A stretch of DNA of 64,000 nucleotides from Podarcis filfolensis (Eukaryota), in the NCBI GenBank assembly GCA_964270895.1, contig OZ185436.1. The stretch is one strand, 5' to 3'. Positions within the stretch are counted from its first letter, which is position 1, and each line of letters starts with the position of its first letter. Made by a program: the position numbers and the translations under genes. The notes beneath the pieces are model-generated. The model had not been told where the DNA came from and ran no database searches. It saw only the letters and a program-made list of their open reading frames with translations. Positions 25,850 to 38,317 of this stretch are shown here, piece by piece.

Positions 25850-26140
25850 AGAGGTCTGGAGGGTGGCAACACAATAACAGGCCTTTTCTATGGTGACTTC
25901 CCATTTGTGGAATGTTCTCCCCAGGGAGTCTTGCCTGGGGCCTTCATCTTTAGGTGCCAGGTGAAAACTGTTTCTCTGTAATCAGGCCTTTGGCTGATTA
26001 ACATTCTATAGTATTTTAAATGTGTTGATGGGAGAGGGGTTATTGGCTTGTTTTTGTTTTATTATGTATTTTGTGTTCTTATTTTGTATTTTGAACTGGC
26101 CTGTGATCTTCAGATGAAGGGTGGTATACAATTGTAATAA
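25850..26140 (+). mobile_element. L2 LINE 3' tail
   Basis: ggccttttct..gtggaatg..ctccccaggga; T-rich tail ending cttcagatgaagggtggtatacaa. Same family as 28770-29235. Confidence 0.7.
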
Positions 26141-26149
26141 CTAAATAAA

Positions 26150-26690
26150 CAATAAATCAATAAAATTAATACATTGAACATGGCCTAGATTGAAGCATAT
26201 GGTCAGCCAGTGCAACTGCTTCAACAAAGGTGTCATATATTGACTCCAGACAGCAAACTCACAGCAGCATTTTGCAGTAACTGCAACTTCTGAACCAGCC
26301 TCAGGGACAGTCCCAATGAAGTGCATTGCAGTAATCAAGTGAGCGGTGTATGTGCCACAGTCATGAGGTTATCCCTGCCCAGGACTGTCAATAGCTGGCA
26401 TACCAAGCTAAGCTGGTAGAAGCCAGCCCTCACTACTGAAGCCACTTGAGCCTCTAGTGACACATGAATCAGTGAGTACCCCCAGACTATGAACATGCTC
26501 CTTTTAAGGGAGTGTCCAGAACAGGTGAATGGCCAGTTTCCTGGATGCCCAAGCCACCTACCAGCAGTACCTTCATCTTGCCAGGATACGATTTCAGTAT
26601 ATTGGCCATGTTCTATCCCCACTGTTTGAAACAGTAGGCTTTTGAATACCAGTTGCCAGGAATCGCAAGCCGGGAGATTATAGTTGCACT
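26150..26690 (-). mobile_element. L2 LINE internal ORF2 fragment
   Basis: Minus strand reads SLEAQVASVVRAGFYQLSLVCQL...LDYCNAL-like...MTPLLKQLHWL. Confidence 0.75.
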
Positions 26691-26699
26691 TAGGCCCTG

Positions 26700-26800
26700 C
26701 TGGTGGGCTTCCCATAGGCATCTGGTTGGCCATTGTAGGAACAGGATACTGGACTAGGTAGGCCTTTGGCCAGAATCAGCAGGGCTCTTCTTATCTTACA
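26700..26800 (+). mobile_element. CR1 3' UTR end fragment
   Basis: ggcatctggttggccattgtaggaacaggatactggactag..ggcctttggcc..cagcagggctcttcttat. Confidence 0.75.
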
Positions 26801-28769
26801 TATTATTTGCAAGCCCAAGCGGAGTGCAGGTTTTTGTGACAGAGGAGAGACTATTGAAATCTTTCCGCTACATCCGTGAACTACATGCACTTATTTTACT
26901 CTTCTTCAGTACAGAAGCTATGAGCTTCAAAAGTCAAAGTGCTTGAAAGAAATATATTGGATGAATCTTGAACAGGTCAAGACTACTGGTCATTCCAGAA
27001 TATTATTTCATAGAATAAAACACTTTGCTTCCACTAGCATTGGTCCAGCATGTTTACTGCTTGTGGGCTCCTCATAAGCATTTAGTTTTATTTATTTTAT
27101 ATTTTATTTATATAATTTATGTCCTGCACCCATCATATGTGATCTTGGGCCCACAACAATAAACAGCCAAGTATCTTTGGTTTATATAACAGCTCATTCA
27201 GAAGGCCTGAAGCAGGGGAGAGTCTTCAGCTGGTGCAAAAATAATAATAACTAAAGTTGGTACCTGGCAATGCTTGGAGGGCAGGTTGCTGGTCAGTGTG
27301 AGGACAGGTTGCTGGGCTAGATGGTCTGTGCTGGCAAGACTCCTATGCATTAGAAGGAAGTGTACAATTCATAGCTGCAGGGAGAGGGCTTGACTTACTG
27401 GTATTTGCCACTTCTGAAAAAGGGCTACATGAAGATTCCAGTGATTAGAATAGGAGAGTTTTTGGGGGGAAATATCATTTTCTCAATGAGAATATATAGT
27501 TCTTTGGGTGTTGGGAAGATACAATACTGGAAAGACATTTAAATCCCCTGAAATGTGCAAAACAAGTGAGCGAAATAGTGATAGCCTCAATAGACCCTAT
27601 GTATGATTTGCTCTATTGGATAGCTGCAGTCCAGGGAGCTTCTGCAGTGAATCCAATTAATCCTCGTGGCCTAAACACACACGCGCGGTTTTCAGTGACT
27701 CAGATTTTTAAAAGCATACTTATTTAATAAAACCAGAAAATGAAAAACACTATTTAATTAGGTCTTAGATCTGCTCATGGGAAGATTTTGTTTCTAGTGG
27801 GAGCAAACCCCTTAATCCAGAAGTACTCTATATCTGTGCTGGCGAGAATGGCCTTGAGATACCTTCATTGAATGCAGAGAAGGAAAGAAATCAACAAAGG
27901 CAGTGGGGCTGCTCTAATCTGACCCAGCCTTTTAATAATGCTCATCCGCCTACGAGAATATCAACTACTCAAGGGACCATTCAACCAACTGCCTTTTTAA
28001 TAAGACTGCTAGTCCAAAAATAATCTTAATCAATTAAGTATCTCCAGCACTGCTACAAGGTCATTCCTAATGCAAAACTTACAAGGAAAACTAATAGTTA
28101 TGCTTGATTTGATCTCTGTGCTGTATTCCTCTGTTCACAGGAAGAATTCTGGATAGAGTTTCCCTTTCTTTGGGTTAAAAAGCTTTCAGAATATCATCAT
28201 CTGTGTTGCTTTTTTCAAATAGGGATGTGCAGTTTAATTTATGCTTACAAGCAACTGCAGCGTCAGTTTTGTCCAAAGACTGCAGAAAGAGATTTGTTCT
28301 CAAAAACTCCGTACATTTTCATTCAAAAGGGACTGATTAATTTACCACTGTTTCAAGCTAGATGATTTGAAAACTGTTAATGAATTCTTACAAAACAACC
28401 TTATGTGCAGTGACTAGAAAATAAGGACCATTGAAATCATCTTAAATAGCCTACATAACTCAGTTATCTAAAATCTAGATGTGCACAATATTAATACATC
28501 CAGTACTGCTGTATAGGACAGAATCTTGGGTAACAATGAAAAAATGAGAAACACACATTGATGATATCTGAAAACAAAATTATCAGGAAAATCTTTGGTC
28601 ATATCAGGGAAAATGAAACCTGCAAATGAAGGATTAAAGAAGAAATAAGAAGAGTCTATCACAAGCCAAGCATAGTGAGGGAGATTAAGGCAAATTTATT
28701 TCAGTAGCTTGGGCGCATCCGAGACACGGATAAGCAGAGAGCAGTGACAAAACAGCTTTTGTAGTAACA

Positions 28770-29235
28770 CCATGCCTTATTATTATTTGTTAAATTTGTA
28801 AGCTGCCCTTCATCTGAAGATGACAGGGTGGTCCACAACATAAAAATACAAAATGAGAACACAAAATACACTATAAAACAAAAACAAACCACTAACCTCT
28901 CTCCCACAAACACAGAGAATGTTAAGCCAAAGGCCTGGCTATAGATGTTTTTGCCTGTTGCTTAAAGATATGTAATGAAGGTGCCAGGTGAGCCTCCCCG
29001 GGGAGAGCATTCCACAAGTTGGGAGCCACAACAGAAAAGGCCCATTCTCGTGTTGTCACCCTCCAGACCTTATGAAGCGGTTCATATGGGAAGAGGCAGT
29101 CCTTGAGGTACTGTGGTTCTGAGTCATTTAAGCCTTTATAGGTCAAAACTGACACTTTGAATTGGGCCCAAAAACTAATGGGCAGCTAGTGCAGTCAGGC
29201 CAGGATTGATGTAATATGCTCACACTGTCTTGCTC
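28770..29235 (-). mobile_element. L2 LINE 3' end
   Basis: Minus strand reads VLTYKGLNDSEPQYLKDCL...RAFSVVAPNLWNALP, followed by the 3' UTR. Confidence 0.85.
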
Positions 29236-29383
29236 TGGTGACCTTACTTCATTTTAACTTTTCCAGGATACTCCTGAAAATTCCAATTTAGGAGCAATAT
29301 GAGGGTGGGGGTAATGTTTCAGCAGGGAGGTAGCTTTGTTGCTGTGTGGGAGGTCAGCCATGCTGCTTCCTTCTCACCACCTA

Positions 29384-29604
29384 CAGTGGTGCCTTGGGTT
29401 ACAAACGCTTCGGGTTACAAACTCCGCTAACCAGGAAGTGGTTGCTCCAGGTTAAGAACTTTGCCCCAGGATAAGAACGGAAATTGTGTGCCAGCGGCGC
29501 TAGCTGGAGGCCCCATTAGTGAAAGCACGCCTCAGGTTAAGAACCGTTTCAGGTTAAGAATGGACCTCTGGAATGAAATAAGTTCTTAACTCGAGGTTCC
29601 ACTG
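29384..29604 (+). mobile_element. Tc1/mariner MITE (same family as 12537)
   Basis: TA-CAGTGGTGCCTTGGGTTA...TAACTCGAGGTTCCACTG-TA. Confidence 0.9.
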
Positions 29605-29606
29605 TA

Positions 29607-29838
29607 CAGTGGTACCTCTGGATAGGAACGGGATCCATTCCGGAGCCCCGTTTGCATCCAGAAGCGAACGCAACCCGTGTCTGCGGGTCGCCACTTCCGC
29701 ACTTGCGTGTGACATCATTTTGAGCGTCTATGCATGCGCGAGCGTCGAAATCTGGAAATGACGCATTACTTCCGGGTCGCCGTGGAGCGCAACCCAAAAG
29801 CGCTCAACCTGAAGGAACTTCAACCCGAGGTATGACTA
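29607..29838. mobile_element. Second Tc1/mariner MITE family, directly abutting the previous one
   Basis: Starts CAGTGGTACCTC immediately after the shared TA (29605-29606). CpG-rich interior. Ends caacccgaggtatgact. Confidence 0.8.
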
Positions 29839-30523
29839 TTTCTCTTAAGACTGGCCTGTACTCCAGTGTAGCAGAAAAGAATAGGATTGGCATACGTTCA
29901 TGTCTGGGCAGAAATCACTAAAATGTATGGGAAAATCCGAACGTATGACAGCCTATATTGGCAGTGCCGCTTTTGCCGACTCTCTAAAAACTGCTCAAAA
30001 ATGGCTTTTTGTGATTTTGGGCAGAACTAAAAAGGCTCAACAACTTTTCTGTCCGGATTTTCACTGTTTGAAATATGGCAACCCTAGAAAAGAAGCCACC
30101 AGCAAGGACTCATCAGTGAGCTGAAACTGACTTGTTTCACAGGGAGTCTGAAGAAGCCTTTTGTTAATGTCACCTTGACAGAGAGTTGAGCTAAAGTATC
30201 AAGGCAAAATCAGAAGTCTGGCTGCCAGGAGTAAAAGTGTCAAGGGGTTTCTCTGAACTTTGTCACGAGAAGAATAGGTGCAAGCTTAGAGTCCATGCTG
30301 GGTAATTGCCTATCTGACCGTAGTTTTTTAAGAGGACCAGCTTCCCAGTGACAAATATAGGACACTGACAGGAGCTAGCTCTTCCTTTTTACGCAACTGC
30401 AAAATGACGAAGCTTGTAAAAAGAATATTAAAGTGTAAACAGGCGAAACGAGAGGGGAGAGCACAGCAAGGGGGATAAAACAGGATGGCTGTGTAGCTGT
30501 CCAAACCCACCCACACAGCATCA

Positions 30524-30547
30524 AGCAGCAGCAGCAGCAGCAGCAGC
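30524..30547 (+). repeat. (AGC)8 trinucleotide repeat, intronic
   Basis: Read directly from the sequence. Confidence 0.9.
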
Positions 30548-33412
30548 TTTAGCTTTGCTCTGTTTTAGGCATGCTGTAAGAACCATCTGGGAGTCTCTGG
30601 AATGGTTAACACCTGTCATGTTACTACAGCCAATAACAAAGCAGTCCGTTTGTGAGCGCCTTGATAAAAATGGATGATCAAAAAGAAAGCAAGATGGATT
30701 TGTCTGGAGAGAAAACACACACATATCATGGCGAGCTAATGCTGTTTGTTTTTAACACAGTGGTGGTTTTTCTAGCCAGTGCAATTACTATGCCATGATC
30801 ATGTTAAGATATTTGGTATATTGCCCACCATATCTTCTCTTAAGCAATCAGGAAAATATGGATTGTAAGTGTCTGCTAGGGAGGTAGTTCCCTCCTCCAG
30901 ATCCATATCCCCTGGATTCCCAAGGGCTCTCCACTGCAATTTCACCAGATCTACCAGAAATAGTAGACCATTTCTCTGGTGCTATTCATTTATTTGGAAT
31001 ATTTACTTTGCCCCTCACCTTGAAAAAAATCATGCAGATGCTCATGGTTGCACATCTGATCATGGCTTGGAGGAAATGCAGAATTGCAGAATTCTAAAGG
31101 GGCAGGCTGTTAGATGAAGTAGAGCAGAGGTGGCTACCCTGTGGCCCTCTCATTATGCTGGCTTAGACTGATGGGAGCTGGACTTCAAGAATATCTGGAA
31201 GCCCAAAATTTAGATAATAGATAGTCACTCTTGAAGTCTTTTCAGATAATGCAAAGCCAGAATAAATTCCACATGACTATTCACCACCCTGCTTTCTAGT
31301 AGAAGTCATCATTGACAGAATTCCCCCGTCAAAGTTAAGATTCTACCACTACTTCGACATGCCTTATTTCTTGACAGTCCTCCCTAGCACTCCTCCTGTC
31401 ATTCTGCATAGCATACTGGCCCTGTTGATCTTCTCTTTGACTCACTTCTTCTTGCATCAGTTCTGTGTTGTTGCTGCCCTTTTTCTCAAAACACAACACT
31501 TTCAACTTTCTCAAGTCTATTCCCTATACTCTGTATCCTTCTTTCAGTTTCCTTGCCTCTGGGCTCCCTTTGTCTTTGTCCTGGGTCCTCAGCCTAGCCA
31601 AGTAATGTTTTGATTCCAGCAAAACTGACAGCTTTACATTCCCTCACAGAAGTTAGACTATAGCTGGCTTAGTGTCCTTGTTACTATACTAGCTCAGCCA
31701 ACCACAAGCCCAAAACAATATCCTGGCCCTAAATTTTCTTAACACATTGGGAAATGGAGGAGCAGAAGTCAAAATTCTCCTAAGACAAGCATAATTATAT
31801 GAACAAGAGAAAAATCAATGTCGTATTAACAAAATTGGTTAGATAATTGCTCCACTTAGAAAAATCTGCATGGTTCTAGGGAACTACTGTATAGCCTAAA
31901 TAAGTATGTTGCAATGCTGATATGCCCAAAAGGCAACTTGAACTAGCAGAATTTTAAACATTGCTTCCATATGACAGAAAATCATTGTTTCATTCTCTTC
32001 CATACTAGTCAGACCTTAGTACGGACTTGGGAGAAAAATCAAGAGCAGAAAAAGGATAAAGCTTTTGAAAATAAGACTTAGTAGAAAAGGCTGGTGGTGG
32101 AGTCTGGAGATGACAACCACTTTCTAATAGATGTACATTTTTTCTATAGCTGTTCAAGCAGAAATGCAACTGACAGGAAGTAATGGACTTTTGTTGAAGG
32201 AGGGAAGATTTTTAACATCACGTTCAAAACTGAGAAAAGTTAAGAACTCAATAAGAGAGGTTTGGGAATACCTCGTCCATTGGATGTTTTTCAGTAGAGA
32301 CAAAGATCAGTTAGGGGCAGTTAAAGTAGAAATGAGCATACTTAAGGTAGGCATGGGTCTAAATCAGGGATGGGTAACTAAAACCAACTCATCTGCTATC
32401 TACTGAGCCGTGCTCATTTATTGGTCTACTAGAGTCAAGGATCAGTCAACAATAATGAAATGACGGATAATTTCCCTGTATATATCCCAGGTAAGTAGGT
32501 ACATTTTAGGTGTGTCCAATTGACATGCAATTGCCAACTCATGGGTCGTCTTGGGGCAGAGCAGAATGGAATGGAAGGTGGGGCAGAGGTTGGGAGCAGA
32601 ATTCCTGTGCGAAATGGTCACTGCCTGTTTATAAATTGCTGCTTAGGTGGTGGGTCAAAGCAAAGAAATATGCAACTTACAGATTATATTTTGTTGTTAT
32701 TCCATCATCCAAATAGATTACATATTCATTTTCTGCTCCAAAATTATCTGATTCCAGGAAAACATTTCTTTCTAGTTCTATGTCATAAAAATATATTTCC
32801 CCTTAGATAGAACCAAGGCCCTTGGGCTGCCTGTCCTCTTTAGCACATTAAGCTAAACATGGAAAGCAAACGTACCTCCAGGCGCTCTCTTAATCCTTTT
32901 AGCAGGTAGACTCTGAGTGGTCTGCAAGCAAATTTTTTAAAGGGATCAGATGTGCACTAGGTGTACATCCAGTCGTCGCATTACATACTTACCGAATTCC
33001 AAGTTGCAGGATCAGCAGTCACTACCTGTTCAGTCTGCATGGATTTTCAAATCTACTTGGTTTTTCAGAGAATCCTTTACCTACTTCCAAACAGGGGTCA
33101 ATTCAAATATGCAGAAATAGCAAGTAATACAGTCCTTCCTTGACTGTTGCACATTAGGACTGCAAGTGGAAGGTGGGGGGGGGCATATGTTTAGATAAGC
33201 CCCTATGTAACTGCCTGGATCACTGCAGTGCTCTCTATATGGGGCAGGCTTTAGAAATGGCCTGGGAAGCCAGAACTGTTACAGAACACACCTGCCAGGA
33301 TGTGGTAGCAGCAAGGCAGTTGGGACTTATTACACTGATTCTATACCAACTACATGTGTTGCCAGTTTTTCTGGGCTCAGTTTTAAGAGCTGGTGTTAAT
33401 CTTGTTCTGGGT

Positions 33413-33737
33413 CAGTGGTTCCCAATTGGTGGTCCGCATAACCCACTCCGGGGGTCCGTGGCACATATCCGTCAACTGTCTGGGACATCCTGTTCTGGGA
33501 AGCCATGCTCTCGTGTGAGAGCATGGAACGCCGAAACATGCAGGTCATGTGACTCATGTGGGCGTGCAGCTCAGAAGACGGGCTTCCCAGTTTTGCACTG
33601 GGACATGTTGGAGGGTATAGTGGCACCATTCACATAATAAAAACTACCACAGATATAACACTTTCAAAGGTAGGGGTTCCATGGCTTGGCTTTTGAAAAA
33701 CTGGGTTCTGCAGTACTTAACTAGTTGGGAACCACTG
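33413..33737. mobile_element. hAT (Charlie-like) non-autonomous element inserted in an L2 remnant
   Basis: TIR CAGTGGTTCCCAA / TTGGGAACCACTG. TSD degenerate. Flanks read as L2 (gctcagttttaagagctggtg...). Confidence 0.8.
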
Positions 33738-35199
33738 TTTAGGCCATTTAAGTATTGAAGGGTTATCTGGCTTGTACCAATATTAGTTTGCCTGAGCTCA
33801 GTATCAGAGGCTGTTCTCTCTTGCCCTTCATTAGCAAAATCTGAGTGGCAGATACCAGAGATGGAGCCTTTTGGTGGTAACAGAGCATCTGAGGAATTCC
33901 TTCCCTGAAGAGCTCTGAAAAACCCCTTCTACTGGATTTTATGCTGATGTGTTTTTACCTCTCCCATTGCCCTCCCCCCTATTATTAACTGTTACGACTT
34001 TTCTAAGCTGCTTTGGAGGAAATATTTTAAAGAGTAGAATATAAACAAACAAATAAAATAAAGCAGCAGAAGAAAATAGTCCCGAAGGCAAGCTTTCTAC
34101 GGTTTTATTCAGGTCAAAGCAAATGAATGGCTGGGGAAATATTTCTAGAAACTATAGGAAGAGGAGACCCAATGGAGGACTAGAGCTTGTGAGTGTGCAG
34201 CCTACAAGCAGGTGAAAGCAGGGTGGTGTCACCAGGTCTGGTAGGGGAGATTAAGCAGCTCAGCTCAGAGGACAAGGGATGCCGGGTTGAAGACTCTTGG
34301 ACTAAGCGGGGCATGGAGTGTAAACTGTGTTGGGAGCAGAACCTGTTTTTCAGAGAGTGAATGAACCATATTTTGAATTTGTATATGACAGGGAATAAGG
34401 CCTTTTTAAAAAGCATTAGTATTAAAGCTGGAAGGTACTGTGAGAAATAAATGGAAGTGCTATCTCTTAAGTGAGTGGAAGGGGAGTGGTGAATAACTAC
34501 TTCTGTACTAAATGGCTTGCTTGTTTGATTATTTTAGAAGCAGTGAAAGAAAATGCATATTGGGACTTGGAGAATCATATAATACTATGCCTTGCACTTA
34601 GTTTGTGAGGCATGCTCCTGGGATGAATTTTTTTAAAAGCTCAAGACAAAGGGTAGCACAGAACAGCAGTGAATTCAGTTCTGAGTAACAGCACAGACAG
34701 GAAGGGACTGGTGTTGGGTTTGCTTGTGTTTAACATCTAAATTAATTATCAAAATTCACGCACTAATGAAATCCATAGATGAGATTAAATAGTGAGAAGC
34801 TGCAAGCACACACCATAGCAGGATCGCATTCCAAAGGGGCCAGGAGTACTTAGAAAACATGAACAGAACTCCACAAAATTAAGCATGATTTGCAAAAATA
34901 TAGCTTATAGATGTGACCAATGCATTATGCACCAGCAATACATTAAGCACCATTCCCTTCTCTTTGAATATTTCTGACCATAGGATCTCACCCAGTAGTT
35001 CAAGCTTTTTGAAACCAGCCTTCTTAAATTCCAGAGTGCATGTCTGACTACACTCAGCTTTCCCCTGTCTCTGTGTAATGAAACCCAAGAGAACAGGATC
35101 ACTTTCTCAGTACTGAATGTTTGGTAATCTGATCTAGGAAGGTATTATCCAAGCCTTCACTCTGGCTTCGCAGGCAATGTAGTATCTGAAGAATGTAGT

Positions 35200-35237
35200 G
35201 TATCCGAAGAAGTGTGCATGCACACGAAAGCTCATAC
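35200..35237 (+). ncRNA. Minimal hammerhead ribozyme motif B (U4C variant), in a Penelope-like unit (about 35181-35316)
   Basis: GTAT-CCGAAGA-A-GTGTGCATGCACAC-GAAA-GC-TC-ATAC. Confidence 0.6.
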
Positions 35238-35331
35238 CAAGAACAAACTTAGTTGGTCTCTAAGGTGCTATTGGACAATTTCTTTTTATTCTTTTTATAT
35301 ATTTCTACCCATAGTCACCAACAGTGTAATC

Positions 35332-35916
35332 TTTTTTTTATAAAAAAAAATATTTTTATTAAAGTTTTCTTGGTTTACAAAGGTATGCACAATGTCTCTT
35401 TTTTTAAGTTACATTTTCCATAGGTCAGTTTCATTTGTTGAGACATTAGGGTTACATTAGGAAGAAAAAGGGTGGAAGAGGTGGAGGGGGCCATGGTGGG
35501 GTGGGGTGGGGTTGGGAGGCGATATTTCTATTTTGCTTAATGTATGTGTATTTCTTGTATGGCTATTGTCCAGAATAGTTGGATTTTGGGACATTCCCAC
35601 CACGTGTGGAGGTATGTGCCCGTGGAGGTGCACCCTCTCCAGCATTTTGGTGAGGTTCCTGAGCGTATTAGCTCTAGTTTCCTTGGTGTTAGGTACCACC
35701 TTTAGGTAAGTTTCAGAGTGAGTTCTTTTCTTTTCGTTGATATGGATTTAAAGGGGGGGTTAGGCTACATTCTGGCCCACTGAGTGGGGTTAATCTCATA
35801 GCCTATTTCGTCTTCCCATTGTTTTTTTATTACGTCTAGCGTGTTCGTGGGATTTTGGAGTAGTATTTTGTATATTGCAGATACCATCCCTTTGCCATGT
35901 CCCTTTGTTGTTAGGA
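35332..35916 (-). mobile_element. 5'-truncated L1/Tx1 3' end with polyA signal
   Basis: Minus strand reads KCWRGCTSTGTYLHTWWECPKIQLFW (L1 CCHC knuckle), then AATAAA and an A-tail. Approximate TSD accaacagtgtaatc (35317-35331) / acccacagtgtatc (35917-35930). Confidence 0.88.
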
Positions 35917-35925
35917 ACCCACAGT

Positions 35926-35963
35926 GTATCTGAAGAAGTGTGCATGCACACGAAAGCTCATAT
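35926..35963 (+). ncRNA. Minimal hammerhead ribozyme motif C (intact core), in a Penelope-like unit (about 35917-36045)
   Basis: GTAT-CTGAAGA-A-GTGTGCATGCACAC-GAAA-GC-TC-ATAT. Confidence 0.68.
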
Positions 35964-37343
35964 CAAGAGCAACTTAGTTGGTCTCTAAGGTGCTACTGGA
36001 CATTTTATTTTATTTTATTTTTTATATTTCTACCCACAGTCAAGTCACTGTTGTTTCCCTCTCCTACAATTTTTACTCATATACTCTCAGTCTGCATTCT
36101 ATCATTGAAGTCATGGATCTCTTGATAAGTGTACACATTCTTTACATATAATTTTGCTACCTCTCCTTTCTTGTATGGGCTATTCCTTTTGAATAGGGTA
36201 TTCCTCTCACTTTCTACATTCCAGTCATGAGTTTCATCCCACCAGGTTTCACTAATGCCTAAAAGATCATATTTGCCAACCTGTATTAAGAGTGAAAATT
36301 CTTCTTGCTTGTTTCCTGTACTCTGTGCATTAGTGTAGAGACAAGTGAAACAATGAGTCTTGCCTCTGCACACTGCTGCCTCTGTCACCCTCAAAAGGAA
36401 GTCATCTGCTGCCACCACACATCACTTTCTTCTATGGAGAGCAGCAGGAATTGTTCTGTTCACTGCCACCTCAGTGTGTTTTGGGTTTTCTACTTCTATT
36501 CTATTCTGGCTGAGAATCGGTGTCCAGGGTGAGGGCATAGAATTGATTTTGCCACTCCAGAGACAAAACATGGCTCCTGACAGTCCTGCTTTCTTTGTGT
36601 TATGTTCCTTCAGGGGGTTGCCTCCTGTATTGGGTGATCTTGCTCCTCCCTAGGGTTCCCTTCTTGCATCTCTGCTCCAAGATAGTCCACTCGGGTCTAG
36701 TGAGAATTTCCTCATCTTCCCTGATAGCTCAGAGTGTGGTTGGCAGGCCTCAAGTTGCTGTACCTTCTCTTCCAGCAAGGTAATCAGCTTGCACTTGCTA
36801 CATGTGTAGTTTTGCCCATTCTTAGGCAGGAAGACAAACGTGGCACAGATGTTGCTGGTAATTGCAGCAGCTCCATTACTCTCCAGGTCTCTTGGTTCCC
36901 CACACACTGTGAGACAGCTCCAGGCTTCCCCCTCAAACTAAGCAACCTTGCAAATGCCCCTGTTTACAAGTCCTGGTCATGAGAGCTTCACCTGCTGGAT
37001 TTCCTCCTGTAGTGCTTGTATTAAAAATACAGCAGCCCTGTCTTGTTGCAGGTGGCGCTGTTGCCATGTTTGAAACCACCTGTGTTTGAAGCATCTGCTG
37101 CGCCAAGATGGTGAGGCCCGTGAGGCCCAGCGCTTGAAGAGGGGGTGGGCAGGGAAGCCACAGAGATGAGTTTTGCCAGATGCTGAGAGGGGAACACGAC
37201 TGCCTGAGGAGTTCCAGGCAATTTTCATCCCCCCACCTCCCCACTTTTTCTTGCTTGTATTCTTATTTGCCTTAAGACTGCCTTCTCAGCAATACCACTG
37301 CCTCAACCTTTTCAGACAGTTAGCCATGTTAGTGTTTTGCATC

Positions 37344-37496
37344 AAAAACAACAAAAGAGTCTAGTAGTGCTTTCAAAGACTAACGAAGATATTATGGCAT
37401 AATCTTTCATAGACCGAGTGGACTGTAGTCCATGAAAGCTTAAGCCATAATAAATGCGTTGGTCTTTAAGGTGCTACAAGACTCTTTGTTGTTTTT
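37344..37496. mobile_element. Penelope-like terminal fragments arranged as an inverted repeat
   Basis: Arm 37344-37410 is an imperfect reverse complement of arm 37432-37496 (…gaaagcttaagccataata…ggtctttaaggtgctacaagactctttgttgtt). Confidence 0.7.
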
Positions 37497-38291
37497 CACT
37501 GCAACAGATGAATACTACTGCTCCTCTGGAAACTTTTCCCTGACATTATTTATGAAGCTAAACAGCCCAGGCCCCAGAACTCACTGCAGACCTCCACTTG
37601 CCACCTCTTTTCTCTTTTATGTCAATTCATTATTATCCACTGAGTGCAGTTATTTTTAGACACTTGCATACCCACTTTATGGTTGTTTCATTTAGTTCAC
37701 ATAATTCATCCTTGCTCAAGAGGATGCGATTTGGGGCTGGATCAATATCCTTGTTGATATCTGGGGCTGTGAGGCTGCTTAGCAAACACTAACAGGACTT
37801 TCCAATTCCTGGCTGAAGAGTGGGAGGAAACTCCTTGTACGTGTGGTGCTGGCGTTGTGTATTTATGGGCTGTAGAGTGCAGCCTAGATAATTTCCACCT
37901 GTATACTTAACTGACAAGAGAAGAGAACTAACAGGGCATTTCTAATCCCCAGGTCTGCTGGCTAGAGATGGTTTAGGATGAGACAGAGGTACCTCTCAGC
38001 CAGTGGAGGACCATGCTCAGTGCAGAGGTCCTGCCGTGCTCGTGGTTGTAGATCTGCCAGTGGTGTTTTGGCTAGTGGAAGCCATTATTAGCCCCCAATA
38101 TTTGGTTTCATGGGGAGAGATGGAAGTGGGACACAGTCAGCCTGGGATCCACTGGATCTAAAGCCCCAGTGCTCCCCTAAGAAGCACAGGATCAGTCCCA
38201 TTACTTAGGCCGGCCAGCTGAGTCATTTCCCTTGCCATTAATTTCAATGGGAAGTTGTTGGTTTTAAAACAGAACAGGAAATACATTGTAC

Positions 38292-38317
38292 AAACACACA
38301 CACACACACACACACAC
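38292..38317 (+). repeat. (AC)n microsatellite
   Basis: About 12 AC units. Confidence 0.9.

Larger units (their letters stand above)
34945..37250 (-). mobile_element. CR1 LINE (ORF1 plus endonuclease), internally deleted and interrupted at about 35181-36045
   Basis: ORF1 YTCSKCKLITLLEEKVQQLE; endonuclease LYTNAQSTGNKQEE...YDLLGISETWWDETHDWNV; downstream piece CTLEFKKAGFKKLELLGEILW. Confidence 0.9.
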
